The translations under genes were made by a program, and so were the position numbers. Positions 37,353 to 48,127 of a DNA stretch of 64,000 nt are shown here, one piece after another (position 1 is the first letter of the stretch; every line of letters begins with the position of its first letter). The stretch spans positions 768,001-832,000 of the forward strand of contig CAVRAG010000008.1 of the NCBI GenBank assembly GCA_963718895.1, in the 5' to 3' direction. Origin of the DNA: an uncultured Nitrososphaerota archaeon (GTDB lineage: Archaea > Thermoproteota > Nitrososphaeria > Nitrososphaerales > Gagatemarchaeaceae). The notes under the pieces were generated by a model. It ran no database searches and was not told the DNA's origin. It saw only the letters and a program-made list of their open reading frames with translations.

Positions 37353-37853
37353 TCACCTCTCTCTTGCCTTTGGGCCACGCCTTGGTGATTGCCCGACTTT
37401 GTCGACATCAAAGTCGCAGTTGAGCCACTCGTTGCTGATGGCCCCTGCGTGCTTCCCATAGAAGGAAATCGCATCCTTGTTCCAGTCAAGAACCTGCAGG
37501 CGCAGCCTCTTGCAATCCTCCCGCTTTGCAAGCTCAAAGACCTTCTCCAGGAGCATGCTACCGATCTTCTTGCGTCTGTGCTCGGGTTTGACGTAGAGGT
37601 CATCGAGGTAGAGGCTCTTCCCGACCCAGGTATAGTAGGCGAAGAAATAGACGGCTGCTCCCAGGACCTTCCCGTCCTCCTCTGCGACAAAGAAACCAAA
37701 CAATCGTTTCTCCCGTTTCATCAGCTCGATTGAGTTCCTGACCTCGTGCAGTGCCCCTTCAAAGGTCGCCAGCTCCTTGATCAGCCCCAGGAGAGCGGGA
37801 AAGTCCGCCTCATCCCCCTTCCTGATCCTGACTCCCGATGAACTGTTGGGCGT
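37353..37853 (-). CDS. GNAT family (SSAT-like) N-acetyltransferase
   Basis: IRKG..DFPALLGLIKELATFE lies upstream of the track's start; YLDDLYVKPEHRRKKIG, VLDWN..AI.FY; candidate ACG start. Confidence 0.85.
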   Translation of the reverse strand, partial: TPNSSSGVRIRKGDEADFPALLGLIKELATFEGALHEVRNSIELMKREKRLFGFFVAEEDGKVLGAAVYFFAYYTWVGKSLYLDDLYVKPEHRRKKIGSMLLEKVFELAKREDCKRLRLQVLDWNKDAISFYGKHAGAISNEWLNCDFDVDKVGQSPRRGPKARER

Positions 37854-37897
37854 GAAGCGATTCTTTCCTCAGTGCGTATAAAAGCCGTCCTCGCACG

Positions 37898-38095
37898 TCA
37901 CGCAGTCTCGACTATGATGTCGGCGCGGTGGGCCTTGTGCATGTGGCCCGCAAGCTCTTCGGTGCCGGTGAACTGCGTCGCGCAGCAGGAGAGCACAGCC
38001 GTGAACTGGTCGGTTGGCGGATGGACCGCATGTGGTCGGTGAGCGCCTGACCGTGACCGAACTTCATCCCGCAGTATTCGTACTTTGCCGAGCTT
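37898..38095 (-). pseudogene. Small C2H2-like zinc-finger protein, frameshifted
   Basis: YCGMKF..QALTDHMRS and SCCATQF..EELAGHMHKAH in different frames. Confidence 0.45.
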
Positions 38096-38196
38096 GCAGC
38101 ACGACGGCGAACTGATGTGTTAGCGTTACCGCCGTGTTGTTCCGCTAGAATCTGTTTTCGCTCCCAGCCTGCCGAAACGGGATTGGCACCTCAGCC

Positions 38197-39063
38197 TCAA
38201 TGCGCATGGTCCGCGGGATTCCGCCAGCTGTGCTCTGGCTGATAGCCGAGCAGACGCCTCGCCTTCTCCAGAGAGAGCAGCGTCTCGTTCCTCCCGAGCT
38301 CCTTCCTAACGGGCACGCTTGGGAAGACCTCCGCCAGGAGTTCCTGGTCCGACCGGTCCATGACGGTCTCTGCGTTGGCTATGACGAACACCTCGGCGCC
38401 CTTTATCGGCGCCTCGAGCGCCCTGCGTATTGCCTGGGCGGCGTCGCGCGCATCGACGTAACCCCACAGATTCCACTTCCGAGAGCCCGGGTCATCGTTG
38501 AACGAAGGGAACCTCGCGTAGTCCTTCGGCTCCATGACGTTCGAAAATCTGAGCCCCACGATCTTCAGAGACCCGTCCCACCGGCAGAACTGCCTGGCCA
38601 TCTCTTCGCCCAGCAGCTTGGAAAGCGAATAGGAGCTCCCCGGCCGCGCCGGTGCGTCCTCGTCCAGTGGCAGGTAGTCTGGCGGCTCATCGAATGGCAG
38701 CCCGAAGATAGATTCGCTTGAGGCCCAGACGATGTTCTTGATGCCGAGTAGTCTGGAGGCCTCGAAGACGTTGTAAGTGCTCGTGACATTGTTCGTGAAC
38801 GTGACCGAGTCCGAGTAGATTCCTGGTGCGGGTATCGCCGCCAGGTGGACGATGCCGGCGACGTCCTTTGGATCAGAGTCCATGCTCGAGAGGACCCCGA
38901 CCGTCTGTCCGAAATCGGCGAGGTCCGCAAGGACGAAGGGAGAGAGTCTCGGTTCTGGCGGCACCCTGTCGACGTTCAGGACGTCGTATCCGTGGGCGAG
39001 AAGGTCCTTGACACAAGCCTTTCCCGCCTTCCCGCTGCCACCTGTGACGATGATTCTGGACAA
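38197..39063 (-). CDS. NAD-dependent epimerase/dehydratase (extended SDR)
   Basis: TGGSGKAG, HLAA, ASSE, YSLSK. Confidence 0.92.
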   Translation of the reverse strand: MSRIIVTGGSGKAGKACVKDLLAHGYDVLNVDRVPPEPRLSPFVLADLADFGQTVGVLSSMDSDPKDVAGIVHLAAIPAPGIYSDSVTFTNNVTSTYNVFEASRLLGIKNIVWASSESIFGLPFDEPPDYLPLDEDAPARPGSSYSLSKLLGEEMARQFCRWDGSLKIVGLRFSNVMEPKDYARFPSFNDDPGSRKWNLWGYVDARDAAQAIRRALEAPIKGAEVFVIANAETVMDRSDQELLAEVFPSVPVRKELGRNETLLSLEKARRLLGYQPEHSWRNPADHAH

Positions 39064-39164
39064 CTGTGATGACTCGGCGTCAATGCGGTGTCGGTTCTAA
39101 TAGAGTTTCCTGACGAGGCGCGGCCATCAACTCGCGAACCATTGAGATCCGGGCCCAGGAGGAG

Positions 39165-40055
39165 CTAGCCGAGGAATCTGTTCGCGAAGGCGCGGATGCT
39201 CTCGATCTGGTCCTGCGGCAGCGTCCTCCCCTCGGGGCTCGGGACGACGACAGCGTATGAGACTCCCAGGTCCTCCAGCTCCGTGAGCACCTTGGCGTTC
39301 TCGGCCGCGTTCCCAGTAAGCTTGAGGCGTCGGTCACCCTGAGGCCCTAGGTACTCACCCTTCTCAGCCCGCAGGTCGAGGGCAATTCTCACGCAGATTT
39401 CCTTCCCCTCCGCTTCCGGGGAGAGCTCGTGGAACCGGGCAACCATGGCGCTGAAGGTGTCGATAGGGTGGACATTCGGGTGCCACGCGTCGCCGAGGTT
39501 TGCGGCCCTCCTCATGGCGGCCTCGCTGTTCCCGCCTATCCAGATCTCGAGCTCCTTTGAATCGGGAATCGGATCGAAGACGGCATCCTCGAACCTCTGG
39601 GGCAGCCGCTTGGACTCGAACTTGGTCTCGCCCCTCCACAGGGACCTGATCAGCCTGATAGATTCATTGACTCTCCTCCCTCGGTCGTGAAAGTCGGTCC
39701 CAACCGACGCGAACTCCACCTGGCTCCAGCCCGCGCCGATCGCAAGGACGACCCTTCCCCCGCTGAAGGCGTCTATGGAGGCGAGCTGTTTCGCGACGAC
39801 CACGGGATTGCGCATCGCAATGATGAGAGAGGAGACGCCGAGCTTCACCTTCTTGGTCTGAGGGGCGAGGTAGGCGAGGGACGCGAGGCTGTCGAAGATC
39901 CTTTCGTAGGGGGTCCCGCTGTTCCGCGGCATCAGCAGGTGGTCGGTCGTCCAGACAGAGTCGTACCCCAGTGCCTCGGCCTCGACGGCTACCGCAGTGA
40001 GAGACTCGACCGAGGACGTGACTCCATAGTTTGGGACGCAGACGCCGAACTTCAT
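39165..40055 (-). CDS. LLM-class F420-dependent oxidoreductase
   Basis: GYDSVWTTDH, RNPVVVAKQLASID..SGGR, IWIGGNS..AMRRAA. Confidence 0.9.
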   Translation of the reverse strand: MKFGVCVPNYGVTSSVESLTAVAVEAEALGYDSVWTTDHLLMPRNSGTPYERIFDSLASLAYLAPQTKKVKLGVSSLIIAMRNPVVVAKQLASIDAFSGGRVVLAIGAGWSQVEFASVGTDFHDRGRRVNESIRLIRSLWRGETKFESKRLPQRFEDAVFDPIPDSKELEIWIGGNSEAAMRRAANLGDAWHPNVHPIDTFSAMVARFHELSPEAEGKEICVRIALDLRAEKGEYLGPQGDRRLKLTGNAAENAKVLTELEDLGVSYAVVVPSPEGRTLPQDQIESIRAFANRFLG

Positions 40056-40174
40056 GCTATCCCCCGGCGTCCTCTGCTACTTTACTGATTCCTTGCTTGG
40101 ATTCGCCGCGCGACCGGTGTTCGTGGGAGTCACCCGAAGGCTAATATGAGGAGGGATATCCGTTATGGCACAAG

Positions 40175-40537
40175 ATGCCCAAGATATACTGGATGTCTGG
40201 GTTCAACATAAGAGAGGAAAAGCACAAGGAGTACAAGTCATTCCTGAATTCAAAGAGATTCAGGAAGGTGTGCGCGGAGATCGAGAAGGAGACCGGCATG
40301 AAGCACTTGGAGACCTACTTCACGATTATCCCGTCGTCGAGCGAAGAGGGAGACTACGACGCCTACGATTTCTGGGAGCTGCCCAACCACGCTGCAATGG
40401 ACAAGTTGAGGAACTCGGCCGCCCTCGCTAGGCTCGCCGAAGCTTCATACGAGTTCACCGAACCGAGGCCATCGAAGAGCGTGGTGCTTAGAAAGGCCTC
40501 CGACACGAAGGTAGTCTTCGAGCCTAAGAAGAAGTAG
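40175..40537 (+). CDS. Hypothetical protein (possible ferredoxin-like dimeric barrel)
   Basis: Clean 120-aa charged ORF with an upstream TAATAT box. Confidence 0.65.
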   Translation: MPKIYWMSGFNIREEKHKEYKSFLNSKRFRKVCAEIEKETGMKHLETYFTIIPSSSEEGDYDAYDFWELPNHAAMDKLRNSAALARLAEASYEFTEPRPSKSVVLRKASDTKVVFEPKKK

Positions 40538-40637
40538 CCCTCATCTCGGTTCTACCGCAGGAACCGGGCGGTTCAGTGCCGAGGGGTGGGGCTGCTAGAA
40601 CAGGCGACTTCCCGTCCGGCATGGAGACCTAGCTTGT

Positions 40638-43600
40638 TCAGGGATGCCATCTGGACCGGATGACCAGGATCAATGGCAATCCTACCAAAAGTACCACGAA
40701 CAGACCCGACGGGAATTCAGGAACCCCCTGAAGCGGGTTCGGGGTTCCGATGGCAATGGGGGTGCCAGTGAGTGCTGACACTGGTATGCTTCCGCAGATA
40801 TCGGTCGAGCTGAGGAGGACCACGTGCACCGAAGTCCAACTGCTCGAGGAGGAATCGTAGTAGTCCATGGTCGTCGCGCCGTTCGAGGGCGGGATGCAGG
40901 TCTCGGCTGTTCCATCGGTAGCTCCGCTGACACTCACGTCGTAGTAGTGGCCGGGCGCACCGAGTAGACTGGGGTCCGGACCGCTCGGAGGCGGGGTGCC
41001 TCCATCATCAATTATTGTCAGAGTGACTCTCCCTATGGCCGCCGTTCCTGAGATATCAACGCTGACTCCGGTCGCGCTCGAGCTGAAGGAGAGTGTTCCG
41101 CCAGGCTGGACGGGAATTCCGGCGCAGACATCGACGGGGGAGGTCCCGGCGCAGGTCGTCGAGGGAGTTCCTATCCCGATCGGGGTGCCCGTGAGCGCCG
41201 AGACGGGGATGTCTCCGCATATCATGACCCCTATCACCTGAATGTTGGCGGCGCTGGCCCAGGACACGCCGTTCCAGTAATCCATCGTGGTCCCAAAGTA
41301 GATGTTGTAATTCGTGATGCAGACCCGGGCGATCCCGTCGGAGGCGCCGCTGACATGGACATCGTAGTAGGCGCCTCCGCCGCCGAGATTCAGATCCGCG
41401 CCCGACGGTGGAGGGGCGCTTCCGTCGACAGAGATAGTCATGGTGACTGTTCCCGTGGCCGACGTCCCCGAGATGTCGATGCTGATCCCGGTCGAGGTCG
41501 AGCTCGCCGACAGGGTCCCGCTTGGCTGACTCGGGGTTCCGGTGCAGGTGTCCGTGGGGAAGGTACCCGCGCAGGCGGCCGCGGATGTCTGCTCGGAAGC
41601 ATAGGTTCCGGTGACGGTGGTGATGCCGGAAACGGTGAATGGGGACGTCAGCCCGATGACGGTCTGCAGCGCAAACTCGGTCCCGGAGGCACTCGTGTGA
41701 ACCGGGCTGGAGTAGACGTAGTGCAAGATCGCGCCTGAGTCAATCCAGTCGCCCACTGGGAACTGAGAGAATGTGAAATCTGAAGGTATGAGGCTGCTCG
41801 ACGAGGAGACTGACAGGACCGTGTTTCCGCCCGTCGAGCTGTCCAGGCCCGTCTCCCCGAAGGTGATGAGGTACTGGTGTGAGTACTCAGCGTACTGAGT
41901 GAAAGGGAGCAAGGGCTCGTAGAGGGTATTGCTCAGGAAAGTCGGGACACCCTCCCACCTCTCGGTGGAGCTCGAGCCGCCCAGCGGGTTCGGTGTTATG
42001 CTGTAGGACGCTCCCGCGTCCAAGAACACATAGTCGGGAGATGTCATTGAAAGTGTGGTTGCATAGGGTGACCCGAACTGCAGGCTTGAGAATGTCGGAC
42101 TTGATGGCGGAGTGACTCCATCCGAAGTGGTGAAAGAAAGCTCCTCGAAGTACTGATGGTAGTAAGTGAGCGAGCTGGGAATCTGGTCGGCCGAAGTGAT
42201 GGTCCAGGAGGTTGCCGTTCCGGGCAGGATGACCCAGGTCTCATCGCTACACACGGTTATCGGGCCGTGGAGCCCCGGGAGGGTTGTGGACGGCGTGCAG
42301 GCGGGTACGTCTGCGCCCGTCCCCCGCAACGCGTACAGCGTCAGAGGGCTGCCGCTGAGCGAGGCGTGAGTGGACTGCGGGTTGTCCGAGACGAAGTAGA
42401 GGGCGGGTGCAGTTGTGTAGTCCAGAGCGATCGTCGGAGAACCTCCGTCGACGATGTTTGCAGAGACTCTCTGTCGGAGGAGGTCAAAGTAGTAGTATGT
42501 GAGCGACTTGGCGCTGGAGCTCGCCGAGATGAAGAGGTCGAGAACATCGCACGAGCTCGTCAGACACCACTTTTCCTTGGCGCTGGAACCGGACGACGTG
42601 CCGCTTACCTTGATGTGAGAGTTCCCGTCCACGTGCAGCGTCAGCGTCGAGCCACCTGTGAAGTACGCCGTGTAGCCCGTCCCCCCTGAGGTGTAGTCGG
42701 CGGTGAAGTAGTTCGCACCCGAGATCGGATTGCTCGTGGCGTCGTTCAGGAGGGTGATGGAGACGGGAATAGTCACCGTTATCGTCCCGGCGTACACCCA
42801 CTCTCTCTGCTGGTCCTTCGTGCTCGACAGCGTCGAATCCGGCGACCATACCATCGGGAACCATGGATAGCCGGCCGCGGCTACCGTCTTGTAGTAGAAC
42901 GTGTAGGTCCCCGCGATGGTCGGGGTGAAACCCACGGTCATCGTGTGCACGACGCCCGGGCCCCAGTTGTCTGCGCGGCCCTCCACAAGGGGATGACTGA
43001 GAGTCACCACGCACTGGTCGTAGCACCCCGGGAAGGAAGAACCGGCACCCACTATGGCTGAGCCGAGGTCGCTCGATTCTATCGAGAGGTCACTCGCAGA
43101 GACACCGGGGAACGAAAGGGTCATGGTCTGTGTCACTGCTGCGGTGGCTCCCAGGTTCGAGGCGCTGAAGACGATATCCGCTGTCTGCCCCAGGTCCATC
43201 GACGAGGGGAACGAGACGCATCCGGTATCGCAGGTGTAAGGCGCGGGAAATGTGCCCGTCTGATACACTTCGAAATACCAGTCTCCTCCTCCTGCGGACG
43301 TTCCGTCATATTGGATCGTGCTCGTCGTTATTCCCGGCGGCTCGCCTGAACCCTGAAACCCCTCGGAGACCGGCGCGGTCTCTCCCGCCATTACCTTGAA
43401 CTGGACAGAATAGAAGTTGGACAGCGAAGTGGTATCCGTTGACGTGTACCCTTCGACCCCGCTCACCGGTGAGAAGCACGCGGAATTCACCACTATGTTG
43501 AGGGATGGAACCGCGAATTCGACCCACCAGAAGTTACCGTTTGAGGTATCCGTGACGAGAAACACTACGTTGCTGCCTGCAGTCGCATACAGGGACCAGG

Positions 43601-44431
43601 TGTACGAGTCTCCCGGGTTGTAGGACAGACCGCCTCCTCCAGAACTTGCGACCACGTCAGGGTCGACATCGCCGGGATTCGGCGGAGATGAGGAGATATC
43701 GTGTTGATGGAACTGGGACCCAGACGGATTACAGGTGGAGAGTCCCTCCGGGGAGATTATGTTCCAGATGTACCAGTCGATCCCGCTGGCGCAGTTGAGA
43801 ATGCCGCAGTCGTGGTAGTACTCGATGTCGAACTGGAACCAGTTCAGGTCGGTCGTCGAGCCCAGCGCTACGTTCATGGGAAGGAGGAGGACCTGATCAC
43901 CGCTGCTCAAACTATTGATCTGGTTGTTCTCCGCGATGAAAGATCCGGCGAAAGGAAGGGAGGCCTGCGAATAGGACCACAGGTCCCACCAGTGATTTGT
44001 AGGGTCTCCTGGTGGGGGCGAGAGGTTCGAGGGAGTGCTGAGTGGCGGCCCTGCAGGGGGAGCTGAGGTATCGGTGGTCGTCACATTGACTTTGGGAGGC
44101 GGTGACGACCCGGACGCGGTCGATGACTCTGCTGGGGTCGATTCAGGCCCTGATGATGTCTGGGGCTGCGCTCGTTGAAGAGGCTCCAAACCCGAGGGAG
44201 ACAGGCTGGGACTTCTGGCCGATGGCTGAACCCTGAGAGGCCGCCAGTGGTATCCTGTTTGCATTGGTGGAGGTATTGGGAGAGGATTGACCTTGAGTCG
44301 TCGGTTGTGCACCCTTCGGGGAGGCAGGCTGAGAACCGACAGCCATCATTGGGAAGAGTAACAGGAGCATCATGACGAGGTAGACGGACAAACCGAGTCG
44401 AAACGAAAGGCTGTTTCGGAATTCTCACCAC
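40638..44431 (-). CDS. Large cell-surface glycoprotein with PEF-CTERM sorting signal; 5' end frameshifted
   Basis: C-terminal VPEFP + TM + basic tail; signal peptide (LSVYLVMMLLLLFP) in another frame at about 44390; S/T-rich Ig-like domains. Confidence 0.85.
40740..41575 (-). repeat. Tandem duplicated domain of about 135 aa inside the surface protein
   Basis: Both copies: CAGT..C.G.P.QP.GTLS...DISGT...YYDV.VSGA.DG.A..CI...TTMDY...ICG.IPVSALTGTPI.IGTP. Confidence 0.85.
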
Positions 44432-44595
44432 CGATCGTTACCCCGAAGACGACACGCTGAGTGTGATGGAACCTGCCGCCGTATTTATCGTGCGTGAATG
44501 CGAGAATCACGTGCGTGTATCTGAAATTCATCCCCCTTGGCACAGGATTCAGGCGCGGACATGACCTTGAATCCTCGTTCGACCCCCAAACAGCC

Positions 44596-44793
44596 CTACT
44601 CTAACTTCGGACCTTGACGTGCGGGCATGGCCGCCTCTCTCTTTTTCTTCTGCACTTCATTCTCCTTTGCAATGTGCTCCAACAGGGACATCTCCTGAGC
44701 CGTCGTTATCACCGGGAAGGTCTTTCCGCAGACACACTGGGCGCGCGTATCCAGACCCTTGCCCTGAAAACTACCGTTGGCCTGATGAATCAT
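44596..44793 (-). CDS. Small hypothetical protein with CxC motif
   Basis: CVCGKTF; TTTATA box upstream; start uncertain. Confidence 0.45.
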   Translation of the reverse strand: MIHQANGSFQGKGLDTRAQCVCGKTFPVITTAQEMSLLEHIAKENEVQKKKREAAMPARQGPKLE

Positions 44794-44931
44794 CCGGTCT
44801 CTTGGTTCCCCGCATGGCTGCCCATGTCCGGTGTTCCGTATCCATGTCTGACTATAAAGCAGACGCGCGGACCTGTATCTGCGACAACAGATGGCCAGAC
44901 CCTCTCCCGACGAGAGAGACGGGGACTGCGT

Positions 44932-45735
44932 CTAGCGCTCGGCCTCGAACTTCTTCGCGACCCGTTCCGCGGCCCCAGTCGCGGCCTCGACGGCGTTGAT
45001 GACGCTCGTCCTGAACGACCCCTTCTCGAGCTCGTAGATTCCGGCGATGGTCGTCCCCGCCGGAGTGGTGACGGCGTCCCTGAGCTCCGTGACGCTCATT
45101 CCGGTCTCGCGCAGCAGCTTGGCGGTCCCGACGAGGGTCTGCGCTGCAAGCTTGAAGGCTGTGTCCCTCGGCAGTCCGACCTTGAGCCCGGCCGTCACGA
45201 GCGCGTCGATCAGGATTGCTATGTAGGCGGGGCCGCTTCCGCTCAAGGCGGTGACCGCGTCCAGCTGCGACTCTGGAACTTCCACTACCTCGCCCAGCCT
45301 TCCCAGGATGAACTCCACTTGTTGCACATCCGTCTCCGAAAGATTTACTCCGCGTGAGTAGGCGGTCACCGCCTCTCCGACCTGCGCGGCCATGTTGGTC
45401 ATGGCGCGCACCACCTTTGCCGTCGGAAGGTGCCGCCCAAGTCTCGAGAGCGAGATCGCCGCCATGAGAGAGATAACGATCTTGCCCTCGCAGTAGGGAG
45501 AGATCTTGTCGAGGAGCTCCCTCGCATCCGCAGCCTTGACCGAGAGGATGACGATGTCGGCACTCCTCACGGCTGCCTCGTTGTCGGTCGATGCCTGTAT
45601 CTTCGCCGGCAGAGGGCGGCGCAGCGTCGAGATGTTCCTCTTCGTCACGATGACCCGGGAGACTTTGGGGGACTTCGCAGTGGCTCTCGCCACCGCCTCA
45701 CCTATCTTTCCGGCGCCCAGGACTGCGATGATCAA
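44932..45735 (-). CDS. proC: Pyrroline-5-carboxylate reductase
   Basis: GAGKIG, LSVK, RAMTN, TALSGSGPAY, VTTPAGTTIAG. Confidence 0.95.
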   Translation of the reverse strand: MIIAVLGAGKIGEAVARATAKSPKVSRVIVTKRNISTLRRPLPAKIQASTDNEAAVRSADIVILSVKAADARELLDKISPYCEGKIVISLMAAISLSRLGRHLPTAKVVRAMTNMAAQVGEAVTAYSRGVNLSETDVQQVEFILGRLGEVVEVPESQLDAVTALSGSGPAYIAILIDALVTAGLKVGLPRDTAFKLAAQTLVGTAKLLRETGMSVTELRDAVTTPAGTTIAGIYELEKGSFRTSVINAVEAATGAAERVAKKFEAER

Positions 45736-45767
45736 CGCTGCACGCCGGGAGGATGCACGATATTACT

Positions 45768-47165
45768 CTAGGCCTCTGGACTAATCCCGGCAGAGCGGCC
45801 GTGTGGATGAGGGCTCGTGTCCGTTGGAGACCCTTGAGCGGCCGCGAGGTCGGTCCGGCTCTCCCTGTGACCCAGGTTCCTGAGCGCAGCCTCCAGCACG
45901 AAGTAAGAGAGGAGCATGATGGCCGCGGCTACCGTGAAGGTCGTCGAGTAGCCCAGATAATATGAGACGTAGCCCGTGAACAGCGAGCCTGCGACCGTGC
46001 CGAGCGCCCCCAGGGCTGCGTACGCTCCTATGAGGCTCCCCTGGCGCGCCCGGCCAAGGCTGGACAAGAGGGCCACCGAGGTCGAGGAGTTCCAGACTGC
46101 GTAGGTAAGACCCATCAGGGCATAGAACATCATCGCAAGCAGGAACATCGTGAATCCGCGGACCTCCAGTGCAGCTACCGCGAGCACAAGGCAGAGAATC
46201 GTGCGCGGGATGATGGAGCAGGAGCCTGCCTTCGCGCTTCCAAACCGCTTGGCGAAGCTACTCATCCAGCGATAGACCGCGGTCGCGGCGATCGTGTTGA
46301 TCAGGGATATCGCGAAGACCTCATTGTCTCCGACGCCTGAGTGCACAAGGAAGGGCACGAACGGGGTGTTGAAGAACGCAGACCCAGTCATGAATAGGAA
46401 GGCCGAGAAGAAGAGGAGGGTTATGCCGGTCATCGCCCCGGCCCGGGTCGCGCGCACCATCCTCATCGCCTCCCTGGCCGTCCCCCTCGAGACGGCGAGA
46501 TGGCGGTAGAGGAGGATCGCATCGTGGTACAACCTAGAAGGGAGGCTCTCCGAGTTGTGCGGAAGGTGGCCGGTCTCCAGTGTCCGGGCCGGTTCCGAGA
46601 TCAAGTGGTAGGAGAGCACTACCGACGCGCAGGTCGCCGCCGCGCAGAAGACGAGGAAGGCCCCAAGGGGCAGCGTGCTCGTCCAGAAGATGCCGACCGC
46701 CACCCCGATGATCGACCCGAGATTGACGATCAGGTAGAGGGTCGAGTAGGAGGAGATCCAGTCTTTCTTCTCGGAGGTCTCCATCACAAGGAGGTTCGCC
46801 GCGACCGCGTTGGCGGTCACGACGAGCCCCAGAGCACCATAGAGTGCGGCCAGGTCGCTGAGATTGGGAAGCACAAACATCGCGGCGAAAATCGCCGTCG
46901 TCCCGGCGGAGGCAATCACGAAGAATACGCGCCGCCTGTCCAGCCTGTCGGTCATCCGGCCCCAGAATATCGAGGCAGGAATCAGGACGGCGTTGTAGAG
47001 CGTCGTGATGAGGGCGACCTGGACGACGTTCCCACCGAGGGAGAGGATGTAGAGCGGGACCATGGTGCCGAAACCAGCGACCCCGATGTTGAGCGGGAGG
47101 ACCGTCCAGACCCAGCCCTGCCGATTTTTCGTCGCTCCTGCGCTCTCTGGCTGGGTGCTTCCCAA
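45768..47165 (-). CDS. MFS transporter
   Basis: WGRMTDRLDRRR motif A; 12 TM. Confidence 0.88.
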   Translation of the reverse strand: MGSTQPESAGATKNRQGWVWTVLPLNIGVAGFGTMVPLYILSLGGNVVQVALITTLYNAVLIPASIFWGRMTDRLDRRRVFFVIASAGTTAIFAAMFVLPNLSDLAALYGALGLVVTANAVAANLLVMETSEKKDWISSYSTLYLIVNLGSIIGVAVGIFWTSTLPLGAFLVFCAAATCASVVLSYHLISEPARTLETGHLPHNSESLPSRLYHDAILLYRHLAVSRGTAREAMRMVRATRAGAMTGITLLFFSAFLFMTGSAFFNTPFVPFLVHSGVGDNEVFAISLINTIAATAVYRWMSSFAKRFGSAKAGSCSIIPRTILCLVLAVAALEVRGFTMFLLAMMFYALMGLTYAVWNSSTSVALLSSLGRARQGSLIGAYAALGALGTVAGSLFTGYVSYYLGYSTTFTVAAAIMLLSYFVLEAALRNLGHRESRTDLAAAQGSPTDTSPHPHGRSAGISPEA

Positions 47166-47332
47166 GTGGATTCCCGAAGGTCGGATGCAAAATGGTTATG
47201 CGTTATCTTCCTTTCTCCGCTCCGGTCGGCGGGACGAGGTCCGGAGGCGCGCGGACGAGTCGATGTCAGAGGCGGTTGGGAGCTACCGGCCACTGGCAAG
47301 AAAAGCGGGGGTCAAGATCGACGTCGGGTCGG

Positions 47333-48097
47333 CTAAGACAGCTGCATGAACTTCCTCAGCGTGAAACCGGAAGGCACCACCGACCTCAAGCCGTTGCCCC
47401 CGAGGTGGACCCCGCTCCAGGTCAGGAACTTCCTGACACTGGTGAGATTCGGTCCGGCGACCACGGTCACGAGATTTCCCCAGGTCGAGTAGTCGTAGTT
47501 CCAAAACTGGCTGACACCTCCGTTGACGTGGAACGTGTAGGTGGACCCTGGGACGGTGGGCGTCGTCCAGGAGCCCTGCGTCCCTCCGGTGTTGATGTCC
47601 ACTCCTGCCATCTGTGTCCCATTCTGTGACCACCCCACAACGTACTTGTCGTAGCTCTTGGTTGAAGACCAGATCACCTTGATTGAGTTGCCCAGATTCA
47701 CGGAGGCAGGCTGCGGGATGACCTCGACGATCTGTGGCGGCGGCATCGAAGGAGGGACCGTCTCCTTACCCTGGGTCGTGAAGTACTGCATCGCGCAATA
47801 GGTGTCCCAGGGCTGACCGTCGGTGTAGTCGTCGGGCGTGGTCTTCGATCCGGTCCTCGGGCAGGCGTAGATTGCGAAGAAGCTCGCGGCAGGTAGGTTG
47901 ACCGTCTGGTCATATTGGGTCTGCTTGGGCACGATGCTCACCGTGGCAACTAGCTCGCCGGAGCCGACGCCGCCCCCGGCCGGTGCCGCGTAGATCTGCA
48001 CGAAATTCCCCCCTGATACGGTGAAACTCACTTTGACCTTAGCCGTGGTCGCCGTAATCGGAGGGACCTGGGTTATCCCTGTGATCTGAATCTGCAT
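47333..48097 (-). CDS. FN3/Ig-like domain protein without signal peptide
   Basis: IKVIW...YDKYVVGW...PGSTYTFHVNG...YSTW; amphipathic C-tail; downstream of 48128-48958. Confidence 0.75.
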   Translation of the reverse strand: MQIQITGITQVPPITATTAKVKVSFTVSGGNFVQIYAAPAGGGVGSGELVATVSIVPKQTQYDQTVNLPAASFFAIYACPRTGSKTTPDDYTDGQPWDTYCAMQYFTTQGKETVPPSMPPPQIVEVIPQPASVNLGNSIKVIWSSTKSYDKYVVGWSQNGTQMAGVDINTGGTQGSWTTPTVPGSTYTFHVNGGVSQFWNYDYSTWGNLVTVVAGPNLTSVRKFLTWSGVHLGGNGLRSVVPSGFTLRKFMQLS

Positions 48098-48127
48098 TCG
48101 CTCATCACCCGGAGGTCGTCCCGGCCT

